Positions 19,000 through 28,661 of a stretch of 56,887 nucleotides of DNA are shown one piece after another (the stretch's first letter is position 1; every line of letters starts with the position of its first letter). The translations under genes and the position numbers were made by a program. Below the pieces are notes generated by a model that saw only the letters and a list, made by a program, of their open reading frames with translations, did not search any database and was not told the origin of the DNA. The stretch lies in the IMG/VR virus record IMGVR_UViG_3300011189_000401, positions 1 to 56,887 of that record. The stretch is one strand, 5' to 3'. Origin of the DNA: a virus. Lineage: Duplodnaviria; Caudoviricetes.

Positions 19000-20078
19000 A
19001 TACGCCCAAGTTTTTTCATTTTTATTCTCAGTCTGTCTCGCTCCCCCTGAGACTTGCGTATGCGGTACTTGAAGTAGGTCAGGAACTGTTCTTCGCTCAA
19101 ATCGTCAGGGTCCATCCCCTTCTCAAACGGGAACCCCATCTGCCAATGCTTCTCGTTGATGCGCAGAATCGAAACCTTCTTGTCAGGAGCGAACTCGCCG
19201 ATCTTGGTCGCTATATCGCGGGCCTTCTTTTCAGTGCCATGATCCAGACAGACAACGATCTCTTCGGCCTTAGTGTCTGCTAGCAACCTGAGTTGGCGCG
19301 GACTAATATTGACCCCAAAGAGACTGGTCGCATAGGCTTCGAAGCTGAGCAGACGAGCGGAGTCAAAGATCCCTTCGCAGACGAACAGGATCTTACCGTT
19401 CTTGACCCTGTCATAATTGTACAGCATTTGAGACAAGATCTTGCCGCTCGGGTTGAGCGTCTTGCGCTCCAACGATCGGTCAACAGCGTAAGCCAGATAG
19501 GCCCGGTCGCCGTCAGACTTTACCTCGAAGAGAACACGCCCTTTGAACTGCCCCATCTGAGGTGGGATGTATAGCTCGTGCTGACTCAAGAAGGTATCAA
19601 CATCGTAGCCCCTGATATCCTTGATCCAACTCTCTACTTTCTCTCGAAGGGGGTGAGCCTTCAGCGGCTTCGAGCCTTGAACCCAGGTGTCAATCGACTC
19701 GTGCTCAGGTTCGACTTCCGAGCGCTTATGTCGGCGCTCAAACTGCTTCTCAAGAACCTGTAAGTCGGCCCTCAGTTCTTCGAGATTGCTCGCCTTTTCT
19801 CCACTGACGATCTCGACGGCTCGCTCAAACGAGACATCGAGGTAGTGCATCACGAACCACTCTACCGAACTACGCCAGTCACAGGTGGCACGCCAGCACC
19901 GGCAGGCCCCGGTAACCGGGTTGAGGTCAAAGACTGCCTCGGAGTTGTTGCCGCCGTGGCAGAACGGACACAGGAACCTGTACTCCACTCCCTGCCCACG
20001 GTTGTGCGCTGTTGCGTCCGGGAAGTGGGCTTCGACAAAGTCGATTATCTTGCTGGTTCTCTTCTCGTTCTGCTCCAT
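18987..20078 (-). CDS. DNA primase (zinc finger plus TOPRIM)
   Basis: CPFC...CWRATC, VCEGIFD, CLD, DPDD. Confidence 0.9.
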   Translation of the reverse strand: MEQNEKRTSKIIDFVEAHFPDATAHNRGQGVEYRFLCPFCHGGNNSEAVFDLNPVTGACRCWRATCDWRSSVEWFVMHYLDVSFERAVEIVSGEKASNLEELRADLQVLEKQFERRHKRSEVEPEHESIDTWVQGSKPLKAHPLREKVESWIKDIRGYDVDTFLSQHELYIPPQMGQFKGRVLFEVKSDGDRAYLAYAVDRSLERKTLNPSGKILSQMLYNYDRVKNGKILFVCEGIFDSARLLSFEAYATSLFGVNISPRQLRLLADTKAEEIVVCLDHGTEKKARDIATKIGEFAPDKKVSILRINEKHWQMGFPFEKGMDPDDLSEEQFLTYFKYRIRKSQGERDRLRIKMKKLGRMRKS

Positions 20079-20080
20079 AA

Positions 20081-20722
20081 CTACTCCACAGGTCTCAGCT
20101 TGAACTTCTCGGCGGCACGTTTCACATCCTTGCGGGTGCGCCAGACCACATCATCAACCTCAGTCCTCCACAGATCCGTTGCGTACTTGCGCCAAATGAG
20201 CCAGTGATAGTTCGCCGAATCCGTCTTGCCGTCTCGGGTGAACGAGATGCGTGGCAGAATGATGATGTTGTTGGGCGGGCGGTGCTTCAGGAGGTTCTTA
20301 CGATCGTTGCAAGGCTCCAGAAAGCTAGAGCGTACCAAGAAGGCGACACCCTTGCGGGCCACCTTCATAGCCTTCTTGACGAAGTCGGATGCCTTCTTGA
20401 GTTCCCCGTCGATCCGAATGGTGAATGGCGGGTTGGTGATGACCCAATCCGGCTGAATGTACTTCTCAACCGGTGCCTTCAGGAAATCAGTGGTGAGGTC
20501 AGCTTCGAGACTCGGGTCGATGTCATTGGTCTGAATCGGGTGCCCATACGCTCCGAAGACGTTCGCTACACCTCCGTCGCCAGCGCAGGGCTCTAGTACC
20601 CGCGACTTGCGGTTGAACTCATTCACGTCGTAGTCGAGGTATTCATACAGCAGGGCCACCGGGCCCGGTGGGGTGAAATATTGATTGAGATCCTTCTCCT
20701 TATCCGTCATCTCCTTGCTCAT
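20081..20722 (-). CDS. orphan amino (probably N6-adenine) DNA methyltransferase
   Basis: QYFTP, VLEPCAGDG (SAM binding), NDID, ITNPPF catalytic motif. Confidence 0.88.
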   Translation of the reverse strand: MSKEMTDKEKDLNQYFTPPGPVALLYEYLDYDVNEFNRKSRVLEPCAGDGGVANVFGAYGHPIQTNDIDPSLEADLTTDFLKAPVEKYIQPDWVITNPPFTIRIDGELKKASDFVKKAMKVARKGVAFLVRSSFLEPCNDRKNLLKHRPPNNIIILPRISFTRDGKTDSANYHWLIWRKYATDLWRTEVDDVVWRTRKDVKRAAEKFKLRPVE

Positions 20723-22166
20723 CCTTCTTTTTCCTCTTCTTGACGTTGAAACCTGCTACAGTCTCGTATTCCTTTTCTTTCTTCTTCTCTTTGGTAAACT
20801 TCTGCTTGAACTGGTTGATACGGTAGACCTTGTCCTCATCCGCCTCACCAGTCGGGTCTACGCTACCGTTGAACACCTCGTGCCACGGTAGCAACCGGTG
20901 GTTCTTCTCGAAGTAGAAGTAAATAATCTTGTTGTCAGTGGAGTTGTCACGAGTCTTCGTGACCTGAATTTTACCCCGGTTAAGTAGTCTATCCTCGGGG
21001 TCCACGTTGAACATGATGAGGTTGTCGCAGATCCTGGCGATGTCGTAGCTGCCACCGACGTCTTCAGACTTGACGCTGCCGTTTCCAACCGATGACGCCT
21101 TCATGGGCAGGGTACACAACATGATGAGCCCTAGCTCTTCAGCCAGCGCCTTGTTGTCCCAATACACCAAACCCTTGTTCTGCCACCACTGATCGCCTGC
21201 GTCGACCGGAACTTGATGATCCGGTGAGTCAATCGCGACAACATCAATGTCGATGCCACGATCCTCTTTGATTTCCTCGATCATCTGCCGGATGGTATCG
21301 GCAGTAAACTGGCGAGGTGTCACCTTCCCTAAGATGATCTTGCCCCACCCCTCCTTTTGAGCCGTCTTGAAGAATGAGTCACCCTCCGGGTCTTTCAGGT
21401 TGTTCTCATAAAGGGTGTCATATTCGCGATCCAACACGATAGCATCCAGTCTGGACGCTGCTTGGACCTTACGGTTCTCAGCAAACACGTAGAGAACGTT
21501 CATCCCGTTCTCGGGGTGCGCCGCTACGCGAATCAGGTTGGTGAGCAAGACGCTCTTACCGGCGTAGGTCGGACCCGCGACCGCCGTCAGTTCCTCGGGT
21601 TGGATACCACGAGGGAAATACTTCTTGAACGGGCTCATGTTCAAGGCCATCGACATCGTGATAGCAGAAGTCGTTCCCAACTCCTGACGCTCCATCTGTC
21701 GAGTCGACCAGTCCTCACTGTAGTCAAACAACTCATAGTCGCTTTCCTGAGCGTTGATCTCCCGTGAGCGACGCTGTAACTCCGGTAGGACTTGATCTAG
21801 ATCTTCCCCTTGAAGAAGACTGTTGGACATATCGCTCAAGAGACGGAACGCCTCTTGTTCTGCACGAACGTCCTTCAGCTTCTCAAGGGAGAACCCGGCC
21901 CCGACCGTACTCGAACTGGAAAGGGAGTCAACCAGTTCATTCAGCGCCTTCTTATCGTCTGAATCCTTTTTGTCGTCGAGTTGGATGTACTGCTTGACCA
22001 CCTCGGGGGCAGGTGTGTCAACCTTGCTGATTTCCAGCATCGCAGCGTAGAGGTACCTGTAAACTCCTTCCTCAAGGTGCTTCGGTTCCAGCTTGGCACG
22101 CCTGGCCTTCAGTAACACCGACTCGTCTTGCAGACACCCCGTTAGTAGTTTCTTTTCAAGACTCAT
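20700..22166 (-). CDS. DnaB-like replicative helicase
   Basis: AGPTYAGKS, FAEN, AIDSPD, VTKTRD. Confidence 0.88.
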   Translation of the reverse strand: MSLEKKLLTGCLQDESVLLKARRAKLEPKHLEEGVYRYLYAAMLEISKVDTPAPEVVKQYIQLDDKKDSDDKKALNELVDSLSSSSTVGAGFSLEKLKDVRAEQEAFRLLSDMSNSLLQGEDLDQVLPELQRRSREINAQESDYELFDYSEDWSTRQMERQELGTTSAITMSMALNMSPFKKYFPRGIQPEELTAVAGPTYAGKSVLLTNLIRVAAHPENGMNVLYVFAENRKVQAASRLDAIVLDREYDTLYENNLKDPEGDSFFKTAQKEGWGKIILGKVTPRQFTADTIRQMIEEIKEDRGIDIDVVAIDSPDHQVPVDAGDQWWQNKGLVYWDNKALAEELGLIMLCTLPMKASSVGNGSVKSEDVGGSYDIARICDNLIMFNVDPEDRLLNRGKIQVTKTRDNSTDNKIIYFYFEKNHRLLPWHEVFNGSVDPTGEADEDKVYRINQFKQKFTKEKKKEKEYETVAGFNVKKRKKKDEQGDDG

Positions 22167-22980
22167 CGAACCACTTCCTTCGTGTGCGTTTCCTGAACTG
22201 CCCGCCCTTCGAGAAACCGATGATGCGGTAGTTCGTGATTAACGAGTTGTACACTGAGTTCCCGTACCTTCCGAAGAACCCACCCTCTCGTTTCGAGCTA
22301 CCATCATCTTGCTGCACGCGTTTGTGCGGAAAGTTGATATTGGTAGCCATAATGGTGGGCTTCACTTCCTCGGTGCGATGCTTGACGATCTGCTCGAAGA
22401 CTCCGAGAACGTTCTCGGTCACCTTCGATTCCTTGCCTATCTCGTCAATCACGAGGAAGTCGCAGTCCTTGATGTACTGCCACATCTTGCTGGCTTCCGG
22501 CTCTCTGCCGAATTCAGCGTTGTTGTACAGGTTCAGCAGGTCTTTGAACGGAATGCAGTAGCCGCTCAGGCCACGCTCAATCGCCGAGCACAGCATGTGA
22601 ACAGCCGTGATCGTCTTGCCAGTCTCGTTCACTCCAAAGAACACGAACGAAAGCCCGTTGTCGTACACCTCTTGGTTGATACGGTTGACGTACTCGGAGA
22701 ACAGGTCTTCGTACCCCTTCATTGTCCCCGGAGCGGGCATCTCGTCTACAAGGTCGTACTCCTTGATAGTCCGCTCCATGATGTCTTCGTGCATCACCAC
22801 CTCAAGGTCGTGGTACTGGACGTTTGCTTGCCAGAACCGCGCCTTGTATGTGAACTCTCGTGTGGCCTCTTTTCGTTCCTCCTTGTTGCTTTCATCGTAC
22901 TTACCGAAGATCCGCTCCTTGTAGCGAGCGAGCCTTCCACCGTGATAGGACATCAGAAATGGATCGATGCCGTCTGCCAT
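22156..22980 (-). CDS. DnaC/IstB-like AAA+ helicase loader
   Basis: FFGVNETGKT, FLVIDEIG, TIMATN. Confidence 0.85.
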   Translation of the reverse strand: MADGIDPFLMSYHGGRLARYKERIFGKYDESNKEERKEATREFTYKARFWQANVQYHDLEVVMHEDIMERTIKEYDLVDEMPAPGTMKGYEDLFSEYVNRINQEVYDNGLSFVFFGVNETGKTITAVHMLCSAIERGLSGYCIPFKDLLNLYNNAEFGREPEASKMWQYIKDCDFLVIDEIGKESKVTENVLGVFEQIVKHRTEEVKPTIMATNINFPHKRVQQDDGSSKREGGFFGRYGNSVYNSLITNYRIIGFSKGGQFRKRTRRKWFDES

Positions 22981-22993
22981 CCGTTAACCTCGG

Positions 22994-23380
22994 TTAAAAG
23001 TCCCAGCTTGCTTCGTCGGAGCGTCCCGCGATTTCCAGGCCATCAGCTGCCGATGTGTCGGCACCCTCTGTGATCTGCTCGCCGCGAACGAAAATCTCAA
23101 TCTCGTCTTGCTTTTCCAAGAAGCCCAAGTAATTGCTACGCCTCTTGCTATCCCACTTCAGCCATTCCTTCGTCTTCTCAGTGACGTACTTCATCATCAT
23201 GTCCAGCACCTCATCGAAGCGCGAGGCGTCACGTATCCCCATCGCTTCCGAAGTGTAGGTGAACATGTTCTTGACTCTCCCTTTCTCACCGCGCTTGAAC
23301 TTGAAGGTCATCCCTACGTTCTCGCGGTAAGCGCTGGTGAATCTGGAATACAACTTAGCCAGTCTCTTGCCTCTCAGCAT
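22994..23380 (-). CDS. hypothetical protein (replication module)
   Basis: 128-aa ORF with AGGAG RBS, between the SF2 helicase and loader genes. Confidence 0.7.
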   Translation of the reverse strand: MLRGKRLAKLYSRFTSAYRENVGMTFKFKRGEKGRVKNMFTYTSEAMGIRDASRFDEVLDMMMKYVTEKTKEWLKWDSKRRSNYLGFLEKQDEIEIFVRGEQITEGADTSAADGLEIAGRSDEASWDF

Positions 23381-23388
23381 ATCTTCTC

Positions 23389-24870
23389 CTATTTCAAAAG
23401 ATCATCTACATCGACATACTCTAACTCGTGCTCTTCAGCCTTGTACGTTCTGATCCGGCGTCGAGCGTGTTTCGCGAACCACGGATGCCCGTTGTCCTGA
23501 AAGTCGACGAATGTGACCGTTTCTTCACGGTCAGTGTTGACCTCGCCGTTGGCCATCTTCTCTTTGCGCAGGATGCGACCAATCTCCTGTTTGGTCTGGA
23601 TACCGGACTTACCGGCACCAGCCTTGATTCCCAGGTCGCAATGAAAGTTCAGCCCCTCGGAGAGCACGGTTCCAAACAGGATAGGCAGGTCGCCCTGCTT
23701 GAACGCCTCGATGTCCTCGTCTCGTGAGTATGAACTTCCATGAGCGAAGGCCATCCCGTCCTTCGGAATGCCGAAGTCGGTGGCCATCATATCCATGAGC
23801 CGTTCACCATGCTCGATCCGTGTGACAAACCCGATGGTCTGACCGTTGTCCTTGAACTCCGACAGCGTCAACTCACAGATAGCCCGGTTGCGGAACTCAT
23901 CGCCCACAATGATCCGGTCGTACTCTTTGTTGTAGGTCAGTGGGTTGGAGTCGAAATACACGTCGTTGCGCACCACTTTGATGAGAGGCCGTGCAAGCCA
24001 CCCAGCGTCGATGAGCCACTTCGTTGATATCTCATGAATGGTAGGGCCTAGGTAGCCCTCCAGAAGTCCGTCTCGGTTACCCTCAGTGCCGTCTGAGCGC
24101 TTGATAGTAGAGGTCTCCGGTGTACCAGAGAACCCGTGGCGTAGCGAAGCGTTCTTGCAGGACTTCGAAATTGAGCGCCATGTGTTCGACTGGAGGTGGT
24201 GAACCTCATCAAAGATAAGGTACTCGACGCTCTCCAGATACTTCTTGATGCGCGCCCGCTTCTTCTTGCCTTTTGACGATGTCAGCGTTTTGTCGATGGC
24301 GACGGTGAACTGCTCGGGTTGCCATAACCCATCACCGATGAACCCCACGGGCTCATCCATGTACTCTTCCAGTTCGCCCCGTAGCTGCTGAGCGAGATCC
24401 TTGGAGTTGATTACGACGAGGGTCTTCTTGCGCCACGTCTTGACCAGCGCAGCCATGATGACTGTCTTACCGGCACCAGTAGCGAGGTCGAAGATACCTC
24501 GTGTCTTCTTGTAACCCCTGACCAATGACTCAAGCTGGTAGTCCCTGAGCTTCAGCGGGTTGCCGCCGATCTCCATGTCATCGAGGTGAAGCTTGGCGAC
24601 ACCCATGTCTGGCATCTTGCGAATGCGCCTCTTGTCCTCGATTTTGTACTCAACGCCAGCACGCTTCATCAGCGTGACGACGCGAGGCAGGAACCCGGTG
24701 AGAAAGCTGCCTTTCTTGGTGACGAAGTATTTGTACTTCGGCATCCTTGGATTGTGCTTGCGCGCCCAGAAGTCATTCTCTTGGCGCAGGTACCTACGAA
24801 GGATCTTGATAAGTTTTGTCGTAACCCCGTTTAGCTGCGACCTGTAGTCGTTAACCTCGATTAAAACCAT
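23389..24870 (-). CDS. superfamily II DNA helicase (UvsW-like)
   Basis: LRDYQ, ATGAGKT, DEVH, SGT, QEIGRILR. Confidence 0.92.
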   Translation of the reverse strand: MVLIEVNDYRSQLNGVTTKLIKILRRYLRQENDFWARKHNPRMPKYKYFVTKKGSFLTGFLPRVVTLMKRAGVEYKIEDKRRIRKMPDMGVAKLHLDDMEIGGNPLKLRDYQLESLVRGYKKTRGIFDLATGAGKTVIMAALVKTWRKKTLVVINSKDLAQQLRGELEEYMDEPVGFIGDGLWQPEQFTVAIDKTLTSSKGKKKRARIKKYLESVEYLIFDEVHHLQSNTWRSISKSCKNASLRHGFSGTPETSTIKRSDGTEGNRDGLLEGYLGPTIHEISTKWLIDAGWLARPLIKVVRNDVYFDSNPLTYNKEYDRIIVGDEFRNRAICELTLSEFKDNGQTIGFVTRIEHGERLMDMMATDFGIPKDGMAFAHGSSYSRDEDIEAFKQGDLPILFGTVLSEGLNFHCDLGIKAGAGKSGIQTKQEIGRILRKEKMANGEVNTDREETVTFVDFQDNGHPWFAKHARRRIRTYKAEEHELEYVDVDDLLK

Positions 24871-24933
24871 TTTAGCCCCTAGGTCCAGTGTCCTTTTATT
24901 CCGTCAATAAAAGAATTGAACCTAGGGGCTAAA
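24871..24933 (-). promoter_or_regulatory. long stem-loop covering the helicase RBS
   Basis: 14-bp perfect arms 24871-24884/24920-24933 plus 8-bp inner arms 24893-24900/24906-24913, ending immediately before the ATG. Confidence 0.7.
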
Positions 24934-24945
24934 CTTTCCGCTCAG
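24914..24945 (-). promoter_or_regulatory. bipartite motif copy B (putative phage promoter)
   Basis: Minus strand CTGAGCGGAAAGTTT-N12-CAATT. Confidence 0.65.
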
Positions 24946-24966
24946 GGCCGAATTTTCTAAATTAGT

Positions 24967-27900
24967 TTAGGACGGCTCGAAGAAGGTGCTGCAATCGTCT
25001 GACTTGGAGGGAACGATATCGCGTGTGTAATCCTGAACATCTGCGAAAATGTTCGGGAAGCGCACAACCTCTAGCTCCATCTTGTGCCACCCTTCTTTGA
25101 TCGACTTGATCATCACCGGTTCCTCTACGATGTCATACGGCGGGTATGTCATCGGCACGAACTGACCGGGGTAAAACGAGATCCCCTTGTCATAACGAGC
25201 CTCACACTTATACGAGATCTTACGAGATGAGTTGACCCGAGCCAGCCGAGTTACCACGTCCCGCGCCACATTTGGCTGGTGGACGAAGTCGGCCTGAACA
25301 CTGAGTTCACTGGCTTGCCCCTTCGCCTTGTCGGCTCTTCGGCAATACTCGTTGTTCGAGGCATTCAGAAGGATTTCACCTTCGAAGGTGTCTGTGATTC
25401 GGTTCTTACGGTATTCGTAGACCACCCGGTTGTACAGGCTTTGATACCCCTGATCGCCCTCACTAATCTTGTTTCCAAGGTTCAAGTTGTAACACAGCGG
25501 GTTGTTCCAGTCCGGCACCTGCTTGATATCCAGGACTCCGAACTGGAGCTTCCCGTCTCGCATGTACCAGAAGAACCCGAACTGGTGACAGATCTCTTCG
25601 ATGAGCTTCGAGCTATTCCAAGGCTGCGTCATGAAGACCGACGCCTCGTAGTGAGGGGTCTGCGCCTTGACCTTCTTGATGTTTGCTCGATCGATCAGTC
25701 GCTCACCAAATGGATACTCTCCATAAGTCGAGATATGATAATCCAGAATATCGAGCGGGTGAACTAGGACGCCGCCGCGCTCGATATACCTGCCTGCCTC
25801 GTCTACCTGTCCGGCAAATGAGGCGTAGAGGACAGATGAGCCCACACCGTTTCTGATAGCGAACCGTCTGTCAAGAGAGCCTAGCTTCCAGTTCCATTCG
25901 CCACCCCTCAGCTTGACGGCTTGAAGCCGCTGGCCGTCACGCGTCTCAGCGGTAGTCACCTTGTGATAGGGGTCGTAAAGCTTGCCTACATACTCAACAG
26001 ACCGGTGGGTCTCCCTCGTATATGGGTCTACAACCTCCCTGTGTTCCTCATAGTGGTTATCCAAGACCTTGGGGAAGGGTGAGTGTACCACATGCTTCTG
26101 TATGCCCCTCAGCTCCCTCTCAGACGGCCCCTCGTTTTCCTTCTTCCCTACCACGATGTCAATATCGGCTGCGCTCTCTACAGCACACTTGTTGGCAGCA
26201 TAGATATACAGGTCGTCACCAGCTGACAGGCTGTTGTTGAGCATCACCTTCTTGCTCACGGCCTGCATCATGGGGACGTTGTATTGGTGGCCGTACGCCA
26301 GTGGGAAATACGAACCGAGGTCAGCCCCGTTCTCGGGGACCGGCTTTCGAACTACCCTGAAATGACGGGCATGGAAATACTTCTCAGCCGTTTCCTCGTT
26401 CTCAAGGTCTGTACCCAACTCATCAATGTCCTTCTCAGTGAGGTCTCCGCGCTTGAACCTGAGCGTATTTACGAAGTCATCCTCGTCCGGCTTGTAGGAC
26501 TCGGTGTAGCTGTACGGATTCTCAGCCGGATCTCCGTTCTCGTCGAGTGCAACGTCTGGCTTCTTCAAGGCTTCATACCGGCTCCCGTATTCAGTGGGCA
26601 CCGAGAAGTAACACCTCTCGAACCAGTTGCCGGAGGTGTCCCGTCTCAACTCGGAGCTAATACAGACGCCAAACTTCCCTGAAGCCTGTCCCAGAAGAGC
26701 CCCGTTGAACTCCTTGTAGTTCACGTTCTCAGGGTCGTTGTACCCCGTTTTGACAACCGTCCCCTCTCTAACAAGACTGGAGAGCGGTCTCATCATGTCG
26801 AATCGCAGCCCTCGCAGCCTGTCTACAAACAGTTCTGCAATGTCATCACCGTTGCCATCTGGCACGAAGAGGTCATCGCCACCGGTCGTGTTGTCAACAT
26901 GGAAGTCGATGTGTCCAACTATGTACTCAGACGATAAGAACTTGAGCGGGTCGTGAGCCTGAAGCTGGCCGTACAGATCTCTAACCGTTGCCCGGTGAGA
27001 CAGCGCGTACTCATGCTTGTCTGACTCAGGAAGTGAATGGTTGTGGATCTCTAGCGCTGCAAACCCCGTTTGATCCATTGTCGCCGCAGCCCCGATGTCC
27101 TCAATCATCTTGAACCTGTAGATCTCCCGGATCTCACTGGTCACCGTCTGGGTATCAGACGTCGGGTCATCGTTATCGAACTCAAGGGTGTAGGTCTGGC
27201 CTGCGTCGATAAAGCCTGTAGACAACTCGGAGTCAGCTTCAGGGTCAAATGGATAGAACCCATTCAGTCTGATGTAGACCCTGTCATAGTTGTCAGTCAG
27301 TGCCCCGTTTGGAACAGGTCTTACGTGACAACCGCTTTCAACCAGTTGTCTGATCTCGGAGAGATAGCCGAGAATAGGGGCCGTATTTGGAAGTTCTAGC
27401 GCAAGCTTGTCGTCGTCATCGCCTCCATCCGGTGAGCCAATGGCCTCGTATGGAATGACACGGTAGTTCCCTTGGTGGGGTTGACCTAGGATAACTTCAC
27501 CGGGGCCTTCAGGGAACAGCTTCTTTTTCTCTCCTTTCATTTCACCGTAGTCACCTACATTGGGATCAAACGTCCACTCAATGAAGTAGTTGCCAACTCT
27601 CTCAGATCCAACGACTCTATCTCTAGGCATATTCAAGATGAGCATGTGGTCACCAAAGCCGTTATTGGCGAGCCTTTTAGCAGTAGTTCTCTTGAAGGTA
27701 GTAGCCCGCTCGTACTCCCCACCGCCTCTGATGACTTCGATCTTGTAGTGGTCACCGGGTTGCCACTCGTTGTTGTAGCCACCTTGAAGCGGCTCGTGAT
27801 AAATCGTCCACGGATCTTCGGGGGACTGGCTACCCAGCTTGGCCCAACTGCCATCATCAATGTTTGTAATGATGGTATTCGGTGCGTCGGTCTGCCAAGC

Positions 27901-28641
27901 GTGCTTAGTCTCAGCGTTCCCCTCCGGGAACGACGTCGTGGGGTCATCATCGGGGTATTCGATGTACGCCAAGAAGTATTCCAGCGGCAAGATAGCATTG
28001 GCCTCTGTCTTGTCACCCTCAACATCCCAATTCTTGAATCTGTCGTTGTAATAGTCTCCGCTACCGTCTTGCCAGTCGGCGACCTCGAACTCAGCTATTG
28101 ACGCTCCACCGTATACAACCGGATTCATCCGGCCACTTGCTACGGTCCAAGGGGAGTCATCATAAGGCGTAAAGTCGAGACCTACGTCGACCTCACGGGG
28201 TGCCATGATCTGAAAATACTGGAATGAACGAGGGGTGAACTTCGACATATAGCCGTCAGCCTTTGCATCCTCGTACATACGCACGGTAAAGCTGAGCACT
28301 CCTTCGCCAAAGTCTACGTCGGTCATGTAGCCCCGGAAGTCGCCTAGCACTTCCTTCCTGTCCTTGACGAAAAAGACTGTGACCTCGGCGGATTCATAGT
28401 CGACGTCACGAAACTCCTTCATGAAGTCGCGTACTCCATCCCAGACACCCACGTTGAGCGTCGGGACCGGGGAACCAGACTCGAAGCCTACCTCCATCTT
28501 AGCTGGCTCAAACTGTGTGACCAGTGGAAGGTAGTTCCCCTCGTAAGACTCGCCCCCGATCGTTTCCTCAATCGTCAACCTGTGAGTGGCGAACCTGTAA
28601 AGCTCGCCGTTCACCTTAATTCTGATTGCGTAATCCTTCAT
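24967..28641 (-). CDS. large tail-tip/hub protein
   Basis: 1224 aa, last gene of the tail block; FPLAYG and ICHQFGFFWYMRDGKLQF segments resemble tail hub proteins. Confidence 0.6.
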   Translation of the reverse strand: MKDYAIRIKVNGELYRFATHRLTIEETIGGESYEGNYLPLVTQFEPAKMEVGFESGSPVPTLNVGVWDGVRDFMKEFRDVDYESAEVTVFFVKDRKEVLGDFRGYMTDVDFGEGVLSFTVRMYEDAKADGYMSKFTPRSFQYFQIMAPREVDVGLDFTPYDDSPWTVASGRMNPVVYGGASIAEFEVADWQDGSGDYYNDRFKNWDVEGDKTEANAILPLEYFLAYIEYPDDDPTTSFPEGNAETKHAWQTDAPNTIITNIDDGSWAKLGSQSPEDPWTIYHEPLQGGYNNEWQPGDHYKIEVIRGGGEYERATTFKRTTAKRLANNGFGDHMLILNMPRDRVVGSERVGNYFIEWTFDPNVGDYGEMKGEKKKLFPEGPGEVILGQPHQGNYRVIPYEAIGSPDGGDDDDKLALELPNTAPILGYLSEIRQLVESGCHVRPVPNGALTDNYDRVYIRLNGFYPFDPEADSELSTGFIDAGQTYTLEFDNDDPTSDTQTVTSEIREIYRFKMIEDIGAAATMDQTGFAALEIHNHSLPESDKHEYALSHRATVRDLYGQLQAHDPLKFLSSEYIVGHIDFHVDNTTGGDDLFVPDGNGDDIAELFVDRLRGLRFDMMRPLSSLVREGTVVKTGYNDPENVNYKEFNGALLGQASGKFGVCISSELRRDTSGNWFERCYFSVPTEYGSRYEALKKPDVALDENGDPAENPYSYTESYKPDEDDFVNTLRFKRGDLTEKDIDELGTDLENEETAEKYFHARHFRVVRKPVPENGADLGSYFPLAYGHQYNVPMMQAVSKKVMLNNSLSAGDDLYIYAANKCAVESAADIDIVVGKKENEGPSERELRGIQKHVVHSPFPKVLDNHYEEHREVVDPYTRETHRSVEYVGKLYDPYHKVTTAETRDGQRLQAVKLRGGEWNWKLGSLDRRFAIRNGVGSSVLYASFAGQVDEAGRYIERGGVLVHPLDILDYHISTYGEYPFGERLIDRANIKKVKAQTPHYEASVFMTQPWNSSKLIEEICHQFGFFWYMRDGKLQFGVLDIKQVPDWNNPLCYNLNLGNKISEGDQGYQSLYNRVVYEYRKNRITDTFEGEILLNASNNEYCRRADKAKGQASELSVQADFVHQPNVARDVVTRLARVNSSRKISYKCEARYDKGISFYPGQFVPMTYPPYDIVEEPVMIKSIKEGWHKMELEVVRFPNIFADVQDYTRDIVPSKSDDCSTFFEPS

Positions 28642-28661
28642 AACTTCTCCATTAACCTGGG

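Noticed and set aside
633-24870. Inteins or introns in nrdJ, dnaE, helicases or recombinase
   Set aside because: Lengths are near normal and I saw no intein splice motifs, homing endonuclease motifs or split frames
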